From sequence record NZ_CP040393.1: a DNA stretch of 64,000 nucleotides; one strand, 5' to 3'. The stretch comes from a plasmid. The notes under the pieces were generated by a model that made no database searches, was not told the origin of the DNA, and saw only the letters and a list, made by a program, of their open reading frames with translations. Below, piece by piece: positions 23,826 through 34,643 of the stretch. Position 1 is the first letter of the stretch. The number at the start of each line of letters is the position of its first letter. A program made the translations under genes and the position numbers.

Positions 23826-25666
23826 AGCGATTCATTATTCCTGCGGCGCTGCTGTTTGCCGGCGGCGCGCTCGCCGATGCAAACAGTGATGCGTTTAATG
23901 CCGGCGCAGGTTTTGGCAAGGGCAATTCGTCACAGGGCACGTCATCGCTCAGCAATCCCGGCGCAGTGACAGGAAGCATTCCCGGCTATACAAGCAGTCC
24001 GCCCGAAAGTGGCTATTACGGGGGTGTCACCGGGGGAGACGGCGGGCTGAGTGACAAAGGGCAGCAGGCACTACAGAACAACGATGCCGGACAGACTGTT
24101 ATTGATTCCGGGACGAAAAACCCGTCACCGGTTATTGATCCGGATGCACCTTATATCACCATCGGAAAGGGTGCCGAAAGTACCGCCGGCAGCGTTCTGG
24201 ACGGAACCGGTTCGCAGTGCACATCAACAACGGTATCCAAATCGACCTTTGAAAACTACACCTGCGACAGGGATGTGGCGGTGATCCAGACCTGTGGCCG
24301 CACGGCATCCATTACCGGCTCATATCAGGATAATTACACGTATAACACCGTCACTATCGATTCGGATAACCTGGATGTCAGTAGCTATCAGGTCAACTGG
24401 CCCATGCCTGCGGGCACCGTTTACTCCGCGAGCATGACCTACACCTTCAGAAAAGACCAGGTGCACAGTAATGGCCTGCTGTATCTGAATATCACCGCAC
24501 TCGGTCAGTTTATGACCATGTATGACAACGCAGGCTCTTACAATATTCCCGGAGGTCAGACGTTCACGCAGGGCCAGAATCTGACCATTACCTTTGGCAA
24601 CCATGATAATAACAAAGACGTCATCCCGGCGGCATGGACACAGGGAAGGCCTTATCAGATATATCATTTTGTCATCACCATTGTATTTCGTACCGGCACC
24701 CGCGTGTGGGTGCCGCAGACGACCTGGTCAGAAAGCTGCGGTTTTGACAAAACGAAAGCGCTTTCCCGCGCGGGGAGTGTCTGTACGGACCCGGGCGGGA
24801 CAAGGACGATTACGGTGGATGGCAAGCAGTACAGTCAGACCAGCAGCTGCTGGGCGTATACCGATTCGTATGTGACGGCCACCGACTCAAAAGGCAACTG
24901 CGCGTCGCTGATGAGTGACCCGGCCTGCACGCTTTCCGGCCATACCTGTACCACCACAGAATCCGGCGTCTGCACTCACCAGTCGGAAACGTACCAGTGC
25001 CAGAAAACGTATTCCTCCAGTGGTCTGGTCTGCGGGGGCCAGTATTTCTGTAAGACCGGGGACTGCAGCGATACGGACGGTACCGGTGACAGTGGTTTTG
25101 ATACGGCGGTCGCCAAACTTGCGGGTCTTGCCTCTGCGGGGGACGACATTGTTAAAGACCAGGTCAACGTTAAGGCATTTACGGGCCAGGCCATGAGCTG
25201 CCGCAAGGCATTTGCCGGGTTTTCCAACTGCTGCAAGGATTCCGGATGGGGTTCCGATGCCGGGCTGGCCTCCTGTAACAGTGACGAGATGGCGCTGGGT
25301 AAAGCGAAGGCCAAAAAAGTCACGGTCAGTGTGGGTGACCGCTGTGATCACCAGGTCCTCGGTGTGTGCGTCCAGAAAAGTCAGGTGTACTGCGTTTTCG
25401 GTGGAAAACTGGCGCGCATCATTCAGGAGCAGGGGCGTCGTGATCAGCTGGGTGTCAGTTTCGGCAGCGGAGACAGCCCCAACTGCAGCGGTATCACGGT
25501 GCCACAGCTGCAGAGTATCAATTTTGACCTGATCAACTTCTCCGACTTCTACTCTGACCTGATAAACAACCAGAAAATACCGGACTCCGGTGTGATGGTT
25601 CAGCAAATCAAGGACAAAATCGCCGCCCAGGTACAGCAGCAACAGAGCAGCGGAGGGGCAAAATGA
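23822..25666 (+). CDS. traN: TraN, outer-membrane mating-pair stabilisation protein
   Basis: 614 aa against F TraN 602 aa. Signal peptide; Cys-rich C-terminal half (CxxC/CC clusters); synteny. Confidence 0.9.
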   Translation: MKRFIIPAALLFAGGALADANSDAFNAGAGFGKGNSSQGTSSLSNPGAVTGSIPGYTSSPPESGYYGGVTGGDGGLSDKGQQALQNNDAGQTVIDSGTKNPSPVIDPDAPYITIGKGAESTAGSVLDGTGSQCTSTTVSKSTFENYTCDRDVAVIQTCGRTASITGSYQDNYTYNTVTIDSDNLDVSSYQVNWPMPAGTVYSASMTYTFRKDQVHSNGLLYLNITALGQFMTMYDNAGSYNIPGGQTFTQGQNLTITFGNHDNNKDVIPAAWTQGRPYQIYHFVITIVFRTGTRVWVPQTTWSESCGFDKTKALSRAGSVCTDPGGTRTITVDGKQYSQTSSCWAYTDSYVTATDSKGNCASLMSDPACTLSGHTCTTTESGVCTHQSETYQCQKTYSSSGLVCGGQYFCKTGDCSDTDGTGDSGFDTAVAKLAGLASAGDDIVKDQVNVKAFTGQAMSCRKAFAGFSNCCKDSGWGSDAGLASCNSDEMALGKAKAKKVTVSVGDRCDHQVLGVCVQKSQVYCVFGGKLARIIQEQGRRDQLGVSFGSGDSPNCSGITVPQLQSINFDLINFSDFYSDLINNQKIPDSGVMVQQIKDKIAAQVQQQQSSGGAK

Positions 25667-26451
25667 TAAAACGTCTCCTTCCTCTGCTGATGGTGGTTCT
25701 GGCGCTGCCGGCAACCGGCGAGGAAATCATTCCGCCGGCGACACCGTTCACCGGCTGGTCCTGGTACAACGAACCGAAAACGCCCCCGAAACCGGAACCT
25801 GCGCCTTCGCATGATCAGCCTGAAAAACCGGATATTCCGGACTTCAGCAAAATGTCAGCGGTCGAGCAGGCAAAGGTGCTGAAGGCTTACACAAGGGAGG
25901 CGCTTAACCGCGCCATCCTGTACCCGACGCGGGAAAACACAGCGACGTACCTGAAGTGGCAGAAGTTCTGGACTGACCGCAGCTCGATGTTCAGTCAGTC
26001 CTTTGCCGCTGCGCAGCTGACGCACCCGGAACTGGATTACAACCTGGAATACCCGCACTACAACAGCATGGCCCCGCTGGTTCAGACCCGCGACCAGCAA
26101 CAGCGCCAGCAGGCCATTGCAGATCTGGGGCAGCAGTACGGCCTGTTTTACTTCTACCGGGGAAGTGATCCGATTGACACGCAGATGGCCGGGGTGGTGG
26201 CCGATTTTGCGAAAGCAAACCATCTGTCGCTGATCCCGGTCTCGGTTGACGGGCAGGTGGCGACTTCTTTGCCGGATTCCCGTCCGGACACCGGACAGGT
26301 ACAGGCGATGCGGATCACGCATTTCCCGGCGCTGTTCCTCGTTGACCCGCGTAACCGTGATTACCAGCCGCTGGTTTACGGGTTCATGACGCAGGATGAC
26401 CTGGCCAGACGCTTCCTGAACGTATCAACAGGTTTCAAACCTAATTTCTGA
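25663..26451 (+). CDS. traF: TraF, thioredoxin-fold pilus assembly protein
   Basis: C-terminus ...QRLGVKYFPAMMLVDP / here HFPALFLVDPRNRDYQPLVYGFMTQDDLARRFLNVSTGFKPNF against F ...SYGFISQDDLAKQFLNVSEDFKPNF. Confidence 0.9.
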   Translation: MIKRLLPLLMVVLALPATGEEIIPPATPFTGWSWYNEPKTPPKPEPAPSHDQPEKPDIPDFSKMSAVEQAKVLKAYTREALNRAILYPTRENTATYLKWQKFWTDRSSMFSQSFAAAQLTHPELDYNLEYPHYNSMAPLVQTRDQQQRQQAIADLGQQYGLFYFYRGSDPIDTQMAGVVADFAKANHLSLIPVSVDGQVATSLPDSRPDTGQVQAMRITHFPALFLVDPRNRDYQPLVYGFMTQDDLARRFLNVSTGFKPNF

Positions 26452-26459
26452 GGTTCTCC

Positions 26460-26939
26460 ATGAATAATATCGTAACCGGGCGCACCCTGCGCCCGCTTCG
26501 CCGTGCCGTCTTTTTCAGTTTTGTCACCGCGCCGGCACTGGCTCTCTTTTTTATGTTTATTTACCTGACCTTCAATAACTCACTCGCGGGGACGTTTCTG
26601 GACGAAGCCCGTAGTCTGGTTGCCGGCACGCCTGCAGACAAAGTGCGGGTGTGCGCGCCTCCCCTTAACACAGCAGGAGAAGGGCGAGTTACGCCGCCTG
26701 TCCTGAAACCCAGTTGTGAGCCGGTACTGACGGATGCAGCCGACTGGCAACGGTCGGCAGACAGCAGTATCCGGGATGCTTACAAAACTCTGGTCATCCT
26801 TGGCGCGTTCATATGGTGGCTCTGTAATGACATAACCGGATTTGAAGACACTGCGCACTGGCTGAAGGGGAAGGTCATGAAAATTAACGCTGTCCGGCGT
26901 GCAGTTCAGGGCGGGCATGGCAAACAGGATAAGGAATGA
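26460..26939 (+). CDS. Membrane protein (159 aa) at the trbA/traQ position
   Basis: N-terminal TM (VFFSFVTAPALALFFMFIYLTF) and a second TM (LVILGAFIWWLCN). Synteny only. Confidence 0.4.
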   Translation: MNNIVTGRTLRPLRRAVFFSFVTAPALALFFMFIYLTFNNSLAGTFLDEARSLVAGTPADKVRVCAPPLNTAGEGRVTPPVLKPSCEPVLTDAADWQRSADSSIRDAYKTLVILGAFIWWLCNDITGFEDTAHWLKGKVMKINAVRRAVQGGHGKQDKE

Positions 26940-26940
26940 A

Positions 26941-27168
26941 ATGATGAAACCTCTTTCCCTGTCAGAAATTGTCGTCATCTTCTTTGCCGGCATCCTGTTC
27001 AAATGCCTCGGCGATATCACCGGTGTGTACCCCCATCTGTCACAGCTGATGTGCCTGTGGGGGAGCTATCTTCTCATGGCATTCGCGGGTCTGCTTCTCG
27101 CCTGTAACCGTTGGTGGTACTGGCGACACCGCCACGACGTTCCCCCGGAGGCGTCAGATGAAAAGTAG
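26941..27168 (+). CDS. Small membrane protein (about 75 aa; tracked ORF 26899) at the traQ position
   Basis: MMKPLSLSEIVVIFFAGILFKCLG...MCLWGSYLLMAFAGLLLACNRWWYW. Synteny only. Confidence 0.35.
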   Translation: MMKPLSLSEIVVIFFAGILFKCLGDITGVYPHLSQLMCLWGSYLLMAFAGLLLACNRWWYWRHRHDVPPEASDEK

Positions 27169-27757
27169 CGCCCTTTCCGTTCTCCTGCTCCTTTTCCCCC
27201 TGCTGGCCAGTGCCGGCGCGCGGGAAGAAATCGCCGCCATCGATGCCGCCAAAGCCACGCAGTCACAGCCCGTTGCCGGCACAGTGAAACCCGCCACGGC
27301 AACACCGGTGCTGATGCAGCTGCCGGACGGGCGGCGTGCCGATATGGCGGATTATGTGGTGGTGGTCTTCATGCAGTCCCACTGTCAGTACAGTGCGAAG
27401 TTTGACCCCGACCTGAAGCGCTGGGCGGATGAGCATCGTATCCGCGTGTATCCCTACACCCTGGACGGCGGCGGGGATGCATCGTTCCCGGTGCCGCTGA
27501 TACCGCGTAAAACCGACCCGGCATCGCCGCTGGCGGATGAAATCATGACGTTCTTTGGCAACGGTCTGCCAATCGCCACGCCGACGGCCTTTATGGTGAA
27601 TGTCCACACCCTGAAAGCGTACCCGCTGACGCAGGGGGTGATGGATATCACCACACTGGAAAACCGCTACGCCAGCCTGATTCAGGCAGATATGGATCAG
27701 GTCGACCCCCGTTCACTTCCTCCCATGCCGGCGAACGCACAGGTTACGCCGCAGTAA
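27158..27757 (+). CDS. trbB: TrbB, periplasmic thioredoxin-like (DsbC-like) protein. Here the active-site motif is CQYS rather than CxxC.
   Basis: ...RADMADYVVVVFMQSHCQYSAKFDPDLKRWADEHRIRVYPYTLDGGGDASFP...ATPTAFMVNVHTLKAYPLTQG against F TrbB ...WKVVLFMQGHCPYCHQFDPVLKQLAQQYGFSVFSYTLDGQGDTAFP...ATPTTFLVNVNTLEALPLLQG. Confidence 0.85.
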   Translation: MKSSALSVLLLLFPLLASAGAREEIAAIDAAKATQSQPVAGTVKPATATPVLMQLPDGRRADMADYVVVVFMQSHCQYSAKFDPDLKRWADEHRIRVYPYTLDGGGDASFPVPLIPRKTDPASPLADEIMTFFGNGLPIATPTAFMVNVHTLKAYPLTQGVMDITTLENRYASLIQADMDQVDPRSLPPMPANAQVTPQ

Positions 27758-27774
27758 TACAGACGGACTACAGA

Positions 27775-28041
27775 ATGAATACATCCATGTATGCGTTAAC
27801 GCATTCCGGGCGCGCGTGCCTGCTGTTTGCCGTGGCGTTTCTCGCCTCTGCAACTCTCTACGGTCTCTTCGCATTTCGCGTGGTACGCGCGATGAGAGGG
27901 GACGTCATTGTTACCGTTCTCCAGGACTGTCCGGTTCTGGTGCTGGTTTCGTTAAGTGTCGGTTTTATCAGGACCGGCGTGGGGCATTATGCCATCCGGC
28001 AGTGCTTCCGGGGTGAGGGTTTCAGGGAGGAAAAACGATGA
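27775..28041 (+). CDS. Small membrane protein (88 aa) at the trbJ position
   Basis: Two TM helices. Synteny only. Confidence 0.35.
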   Translation: MNTSMYALTHSGRACLLFAVAFLASATLYGLFAFRVVRAMRGDVIVTVLQDCPVLVLVSLSVGFIRTGVGHYAIRQCFRGEGFREEKR

Positions 28042-28442
28042 AAGCAAAAATCCTTAACCGGGTGGAACAGTGTTATGACGCGCTCTGCCTAACCTGGTTA
28101 TCCGTCCGGCAGTACATAAAGAAATGGTGCATTGCCTCCTTTTTCATTCTTGTCGCACTGCTTGTGGCCGATTACGAATATGAAAACTTCGCCTGCCATC
28201 ATTTACAGGCGTATATCACCGGCGACCCCTCACTGACCGGCAGCGAACGCTTTGCACTCAGGGCACTGCTTTTTTACCCGTCTTATTTGTTCAGATCGTT
28301 TATGTGCGGTGCTTACGTGGTTTTCGTCATGACTTTACTCTGCTTCGTATTCTTCTATGGCAGCAGGGAGCGTATGCAGAAACGCACACTGACGGCGCAG
28401 AAATCGAGTACAGACACAACACCGGAGGTGGCTGATGTTTAA
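28038..28442 (+). CDS. Membrane protein (134 aa) at the trbF position
   Basis: Two TM helices. Overlapping starts/stops with its neighbours and traH. Confidence 0.35.
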   Translation: MKAKILNRVEQCYDALCLTWLSVRQYIKKWCIASFFILVALLVADYEYENFACHHLQAYITGDPSLTGSERFALRALLFYPSYLFRSFMCGAYVVFVMTLLCFVFFYGSRERMQKRTLTAQKSSTDTTPEVADV

Positions 28443-29799
28443 ACCCCTCCTGACTGCTGCCCTGGTCTTTATGGCCGGGATGGCCTCACTTCCCGCCCGG
28501 GCGGATGTGAACGGGGATCTGAACGGGTTCTTTGGCAGCCTCGGTTACAGCGGCAACGTGACACAGGCTCAGGCGTGGCAGGGACAGGCCGCCGGATACT
28601 TCACCGGCGGCTCGGTCTACCTGCGCAATCCGGTCAAGAACGTCCAGCTTATCTCGATGCAGGTGCCGTCACTGAATGCCGGTTGTGGCGGTATTGATGC
28701 CTATCTCGGGGCATTTTCCATGATAAACGGCGAGGAAATTCAGCGCTTCGTTAAACAAATCATGAGTAACGCTACCGGATACGCCTTCGATCTTGCCCTG
28801 CAGACAATGGTGCCGGAACTGAAGCAGGCGAAAGACTTCCTGCAGAAGCTGGCCAGTGATGTGAACTCAGCAAACATGAGTTCCTGTCAGGCCGCGCAGG
28901 GCATCATCGGCGGACTGTGGCCGGTAACGCAGGTGTCCCAGCAGAAAATCTGTCAGGACATTGCCGGCGAAAGCAATCTCTTCTCGGACTGGGCAGCGTC
29001 CCGGCAGGGCTGCACCGTTGGCGGCCAGAGCGACAGCGTGACCAGCCGGGCAGGGGACAGCCAGAAAGACCAGGTGCTGAAAAACAAAAACCTCATCTGG
29101 GATGCACTCAGTCGTAACCATCTCTTCGACAGTAACCGGGAGCTGAAGGAGCTGGTCATGAGTACCGTCGGCTCCATCATCTTCAACAATGCCGGGCAGG
29201 TGACCATTCTGACTCCGCTGGTTGATAACCGTGACCTTATCAAGGTGCTGATGCGGGGCGGTTCAGCGAAAGTGTACGGCTGCGATGAGGCAACGCTGTG
29301 CCTTGGTCCGGTGGTGAAGGATGTCACCATCGACGAAGGTAACGGACTGGTCACGCTGGTCAAAAACCTGATGCTGTCCATGCAGTCGAAACTGGTGGAT
29401 GACACCGCGCTGACCGACCAGGAAAAGGGATTCGTAAACACCACCTCCGTGCCAGTGCTCAAGTACCTCACTAACGCCCAGAGCATGGGGCAGAGCGCCA
29501 CCTACCTGATTCAGGTCAGTGACTTCATTGCTCAGGACCTGATGATTCAGTACCTGCAGGAACTGGTCAAACAGGCTTCGCTGTCGATGGCCGGGAAAAA
29601 CTGGCCGGAAGAGGCCGCCTCAAAACTGCGCGATAACGTCATCCATGCCCAGGGGCTTCTGGCCGACATGAAGCTGCAGTCTGCCGCAGACCAGAACGCG
29701 CTGGACGGCATCGACCGCAATATGCAGTACCTGCAGCAGCAGGTATCCACGATTGTTTCCGGCTCATACCAGAGCAACTATCACTGGGGGAATCCCTGA
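28435..29799 (+). CDS. traH: TraH, pilus assembly protein
   Basis: 454 aa against F TraH 458 aa. Signal peptide; conserved ...SLNAGCGGIDAYLGAFS... region. Confidence 0.9.
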   Translation: MFKPLLTAALVFMAGMASLPARADVNGDLNGFFGSLGYSGNVTQAQAWQGQAAGYFTGGSVYLRNPVKNVQLISMQVPSLNAGCGGIDAYLGAFSMINGEEIQRFVKQIMSNATGYAFDLALQTMVPELKQAKDFLQKLASDVNSANMSSCQAAQGIIGGLWPVTQVSQQKICQDIAGESNLFSDWAASRQGCTVGGQSDSVTSRAGDSQKDQVLKNKNLIWDALSRNHLFDSNRELKELVMSTVGSIIFNNAGQVTILTPLVDNRDLIKVLMRGGSAKVYGCDEATLCLGPVVKDVTIDEGNGLVTLVKNLMLSMQSKLVDDTALTDQEKGFVNTTSVPVLKYLTNAQSMGQSATYLIQVSDFIAQDLMIQYLQELVKQASLSMAGKNWPEEAASKLRDNVIHAQGLLADMKLQSAADQNALDGIDRNMQYLQQQVSTIVSGSYQSNYHWGNP

Positions 29800-32700
29800 T
29801 GCTTGAAGTCTATACCATATACGGCGGCGGGATGTGGAAATCGGCCTTTGACGCCGTTGTCGGCATCCTCGGTACCAGCACCTGGGGGACGCTGCTGCGC
29901 ATTGTCAGTACCTTCTCCGTGCTGGGTATCGTGGCGTCGTTTGTCAAAAGCCGCAATCCGATGGTGTTTATACAGTGGCTGGCGATGTTTACGCTGATAA
30001 CCTCCGTCCTCATCGTCCCCAAAAGGTCAGTGCAGATTATCGACATCACGGATCCGGCAACGGTCTGGGTGACCGATAACGTCCCGGTGGGGCTGGCCGG
30101 GATGGCCTCCCTGTCGACCAGTATCGGTTTTCATGTGGCACAGCTCTATGACTACATGATTGCGCGCCCGGACTCGGTGACCTACACCAAAACCGGAATG
30201 CTGTTTGGCTCCGGGATTGTGGCGGAAAGCAGTGACATGCAGACGCAGAACCCGGAGCTGGCGCAGATGCTGCCGGATTATGTCCGAAAACTGCGTGATT
30301 GGCGACATTCTGCTGAACCCACAAGTACACGGTGAACCAGCTGCTCAACACCACCGACCCGCTGGGGCTGATCACCAGTAACCCCAGCCCGTTGCGCGGC
30401 ATTTTCAAAACGACCAGTGACACGCGTGAATTTCTGACCTGCCAGCAGGCGGCCGCGCAAATCCAGACGCTGGCGGGGCAGGATGCGCAGGTCAGCAGCC
30501 CGACATTTGCCTGGCTGACACAGAAAATCTTCGGCAACCGCCTGAACGGCGCCACGCTGCTGGCCAACTCAATGGGCGAAAGCTATGGCTTTTTCTATGC
30601 CGGTGGAATGAGTGCCGCGCAGATCATGAAAAACAAACGTGACCAACAGCGCGATACAGCAGGGCATCCGGGGCTTTGCTGCCCGGTCTTCTGACCACGG
30701 CCAACCTGCTGAACCTCGCGACCGAGAACGCGGCCACCAAGCAACGTATCAGCTGGGCGGCAGGCAGCACGCTGGCCACCCGGCAACTGCCGTTCCTGCA
30801 GTCCCTGATGATGCTGATTCTGGTCTGTCTGTTCCCGCTGGTCATCGCGCTTGCGGCGGCCAACCACTCCATCTTTGGCCTGAACACGCTGAAGATTTAT
30901 ATCTGCGGGTTCCTTTACTTCCAGATGTGGCCGGTGATGTTTGCCATCCTGAACTATGCCGCCACGTTCTGGCTGCAGACAAAAACAGGGGGGACACCCC
31001 TTGTGCTGTCCAACAAGGATACGGTGGCGCTGCAGCATTCGGATGTGGCTAATCTGGCCGGTTACTGCGCCATGTCGATTCCGGTGCTGTCCTTTTTCCT
31101 GACCAAAGGTGCGGCGGCAATCGGCTCTCAGGTGGCCGGCAGCGTGATGAGTTCGATGGCATTCGGCTCAGCCGGCGTGGCCTCCACCACGGCCGACGGC
31201 AACTGGTCGTTTAACAACATGTCGATGGATAACGTCAACCAGAACAAGATGGACACCAACCTGATGCAGCGGCAGGGCCAGCAGACCTGGCAGGCGGATA
31301 ATGGCTCGAGTCATACGGTCACGGCGAGCGGCCAGAATGTCATAGATGGCTCCGGCGCGATGTCGAACTTGCCGGTGAACATGCGCCTCAGTCAGCTGGC
31401 CAGCAGTGGATTCCAGGAGCAGGCCCGGTTGTCGCAGGTGCAGGCGCAATCCTCGCTGGATGGCTATAACCACAGTGTCACCAGTGGCTGGTCTCAGCTG
31501 CAACAGGTCGCCAGCCAGAGCGGCAGTACCGACAGCCTGAATCAGGGTTCGGATAACAGCCAGACACTGAATGCTTCACGCGGTGCCACTATGATGATGT
31601 CTGCTGCCGAGAGCTATGCGAAAGCGAACAACATTTCGACACAGGAAGCTTATAACGAGCTTTTAAATAAATCTGTTGAAGGAAGTGCCAATGCAGGTAC
31701 AAGTTTCAAAATTAATTCAGGTGATCAAGCGCTTGGTAAAGTTGGTAAATGGGTTACCGGTGCAAGTGTTGAAGGTCATGCGGGGCTTGAAGTAAAAGGC
31801 ACCACAGGTAGTTCACATGGTACTCAAGATACGCATTCAGGCTCGAACGATATGCGGCATGATAAAAATAGCCAAATGGTTAATGATTTCAAACAAGGTA
31901 TGGATATGGTGACCAGCAGCCGCATCAGCGACTCCGCCAGCCATTCCGATAGTGCCGGAACCAGCAAAGTTCAGCAGTTTGCTGCCACGCTTAATGATGC
32001 GCAGAGCCAGTACCATCAGTTCACTACCAGTTCCACCAACAGCAATGAATTCAGCCGCATGGCCACACTCGCTCAGAATGAGAGTGCCAGCCTTGATACG
32101 AATTACACCCAGGAGTTTGTGGACTGGGCATCCAACAAGTACGGGGATAAAGCTCAGGCTATGCTGACCAGCGCTCCCACAGCACGCGAGGCAGCAATGG
32201 AGTTTGTTAACGAGCGTCTCAAACCTGAAATCATGGGGGATTATCAGCAGGGGCGCGCCGACCTGAAAGGTGGCAGTGAACATGCCGCGTTCAGTGGTGA
32301 GCATACTGTTAATCAGTCAGTGAGCCATATTTCGGGACAACAGGATAATAACGGGACAATGACTCACTCCACTCAAAACCATCACAAACAGACGAATGGT
32401 GAGACCAGTTATTCAACCTCACTTTCTCAGAGTAATCATGCTGATGAGAGTCCTGCAGTACATAATCTCAGGGGGAACCGGGTACCGGGAGATGATATGC
32501 AGAATGACTTCAGGGAAAACCAGAATCGCCTGCAGGGGCAGAGTTTCGGCGAACAAAGCGATGTTCCAAGGAGGGTTGCAGAAGAAAGATCTGCTAACGA
32601 GCAAAATATCAACAAATCTGCTGGGGAAATTGAGCAAAATCGATCCACTGTTCAGGCATCCAGTGATATATTAAAAGGAGAACATTCGAACGCTCAGGGG

Positions 32701-32814
32701 AAATTTGCAGAAGGTTATGAAACCGAAAAAGGGCATCAAAAACTAATCCCCCAAAAAGCTGATGAAGAAGATGTTAACAAAAGGCTTAACGATATGCGCA
32801 AGCGTCAAGGCTAA
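29799..32814 (+). pseudogene. traG: traG (mating-pair stabilisation / pilus assembly) split across four frames by four +1 frameshifts at about 30287-30290, 30318-30320, 30629-30633 and 30684-30690
   Basis: Pieces 29799..30335 (frame 3), 30289..30318 (frame 1: NCVIGDILLN matches F NCVMGDIYLN), 30320..about 30628 (frame 2: HKYTVNQLL...SPLRG... matches F HKYTLEDLM...SPLRG), about 30630..30686 (frame 3: NVTNSAIQQGIRGFAAR matches F NVTMNALKEGITSNAAR) and 30688..32814 (frame 1: LLTTANLLNLATENAATKQR... matches F LVSLATTSSMEKQR...) together match F TraG end to end. Confidence 0.8.
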
Positions 32815-33398
32815 TGGAGATAAACATGTTGGTCACTCAGGCTGATGTAAATAACGATCTTCGTATGTTGATTCAGAATATCGAAGACGATAGCAAGCCC
32901 TTAGTTAACCCCAAAAGTGCCTTAAAAATTAGTATGGTTTGGCCATTAAGTTGTGTGCTTTGCTATGTGGTTGCAATGCTATTTATTGCACTAAAATTCG
33001 AGCCATACATTGATCATTTTGATAATCAAGTGACTGTTTTAAAGGAATATGGTTTTGTTTTCATTTTTGGGGGTATGAGTATTCTCTTTTCGTTATTCAT
33101 TGGTGCTGCCCTTTATGGTCCAGCGCTTGCATACCTTACATTAAGTAAAGAAGTCAGAGAAAGTTCCATCATAATTAGCCAGCTTAAAAAACTGGTGATA
33201 AAACTTGGACGCTTCTTCTTTCTTTCTAATTTGGGCTTGGCGATTATATCTCTTTGGATTCCTGAGCTTCTTGTCGCTGCCCCTTTTCTCATTATGTTCT
33301 CTTTCCTGATTATGCAAGGCATAGTGAGTGCTGAAGCTACTCGTTATGGAGTTGCACCGGTTATTGGAAAACTGACAAAGCTTGCGAAGAAAATTTAA
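32814..33398 (+). CDS. traS: TraS-like inner-membrane entry-exclusion protein (position-based)
   Basis: 194 aa, very hydrophobic, markedly AT-rich compared with its neighbours (typical of the hypervariable traS). Lies between traG and traT. Confidence 0.5.
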   Translation: MEINMLVTQADVNNDLRMLIQNIEDDSKPLVNPKSALKISMVWPLSCVLCYVVAMLFIALKFEPYIDHFDNQVTVLKEYGFVFIFGGMSILFSLFIGAALYGPALAYLTLSKEVRESSIIISQLKKLVIKLGRFFFLSNLGLAIISLWIPELLVAAPFLIMFSFLIMQGIVSAEATRYGVAPVIGKLTKLAKKI

Positions 33399-33532
33399 TT
33401 TTAAAGAAAAGTCATCGGCAATCGATGACTTTTCATTTTTCACAACATATCACCGAACTAAATTTAACATTCTATATCTGAATTGTTGAACCCTCCCCCC
33501 AAACTATCCGTATTTAAAATAAGGAAATATGA

Positions 33533-34243
33533 ATGAAACTGAATAAAATTGCAGTTTACGGCCTCGCTTTGTCTTTATTTACCATCACTGGCTGCGGAGC
33601 AATGAGTACCGCTGTGAAAAAGCGTAATCTCGACGTTAAAACACAGATGAGCGAAACCATCTGGCTGGAGCCGGCATCAGACAAAACGGTATTCGTTCAG
33701 GTACGAAATACCTCTGATAAAGATATGTCCGGACTGCAGTCGCAAATTGCTTCGGAATTAACCGCGAAAGGTTATCGCGTGACGTCTTCGCCTGATGCCG
33801 CATATTTCTGGGTGCAGGCGAATGTCCTTAAGGCGGACAAGATGGATTTGCGTCAGACTCAGGGCTTCCTCAGCTCCGGCTATGAGGGGGGTGCCACCGC
33901 TGCTGCGCTGGGAGCCGGTATCACCGCCTACAACTCCAGCTCTGCCGGCGCGACACTGGGTGTGGGGCTGGCCGCCGACGCAATGGTGGAGGACGTGAAC
34001 TACACGATGGTGACCGATCTGCAGATTTCCGGGCGCAGCAAAGCCACCGTCACGACCGATAATGTCGCCGCGCTCAGGCAGGGGACTTCCGGCATGAAGG
34101 TCCAGACCAGCACAGAGCAGGGCAACCGCACGAAATACCAGACCCGTGTGGTATCCAGCGCCAACAAGGTGAACCTCAAATTCGACGAGGCGAAACCTGT
34201 TCTGGAAGCCCAGCTGGCCAAATCCATCGCCGGTATCATGTAA
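33533..34243 (+). CDS. traT: TraT, surface-exclusion outer-membrane lipoprotein
   Basis: ...[52 protein letters not shown]... is near-identical to F TraT ([50 protein letters not shown]). Confidence 0.95.
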   Translation: MKLNKIAVYGLALSLFTITGCGAMSTAVKKRNLDVKTQMSETIWLEPASDKTVFVQVRNTSDKDMSGLQSQIASELTAKGYRVTSSPDAAYFWVQANVLKADKMDLRQTQGFLSSGYEGGATAAALGAGITAYNSSSAGATLGVGLAADAMVEDVNYTMVTDLQISGRSKATVTTDNVAALRQGTSGMKVQTSTEQGNRTKYQTRVVSSANKVNLKFDEAKPVLEAQLAKSIAGIM

Positions 34244-34643
34244 TTCCCCCGTCCTGTCCGGGCATTCTGCCCTGATTCTCTGATATTAACGCCCTTCCGG
34301 CTCTGTTTTCCTGTCGCGCAGCTGCGCTGTCGGGTGCATTGCTGTATCCGGAAGGGCTTGGGCACCGGGCGTACCTGCATACACAGGCATCCGTGGAAAT
34401 TTCGCTTCCTCACCGGACATCGCCTGCGCCGATATCCGGATTGCGGCGAGCGCTGCGGGGTTTAAAGAGCACGGACAGAGGCTTCACCACAGACGGTTAC
34501 GCACCGCAGGGAGGCCGTCTCTGTAAGACCTTACGCCTTTCGAAAAGACAGCCACGCCGTTAACGGCGGTGAGTTTATTCCCTTTTCCATCAACACCACA
34601 CCGCAGACACGCCCTGCGGTGTGATGACGGCCGGACACTATCT

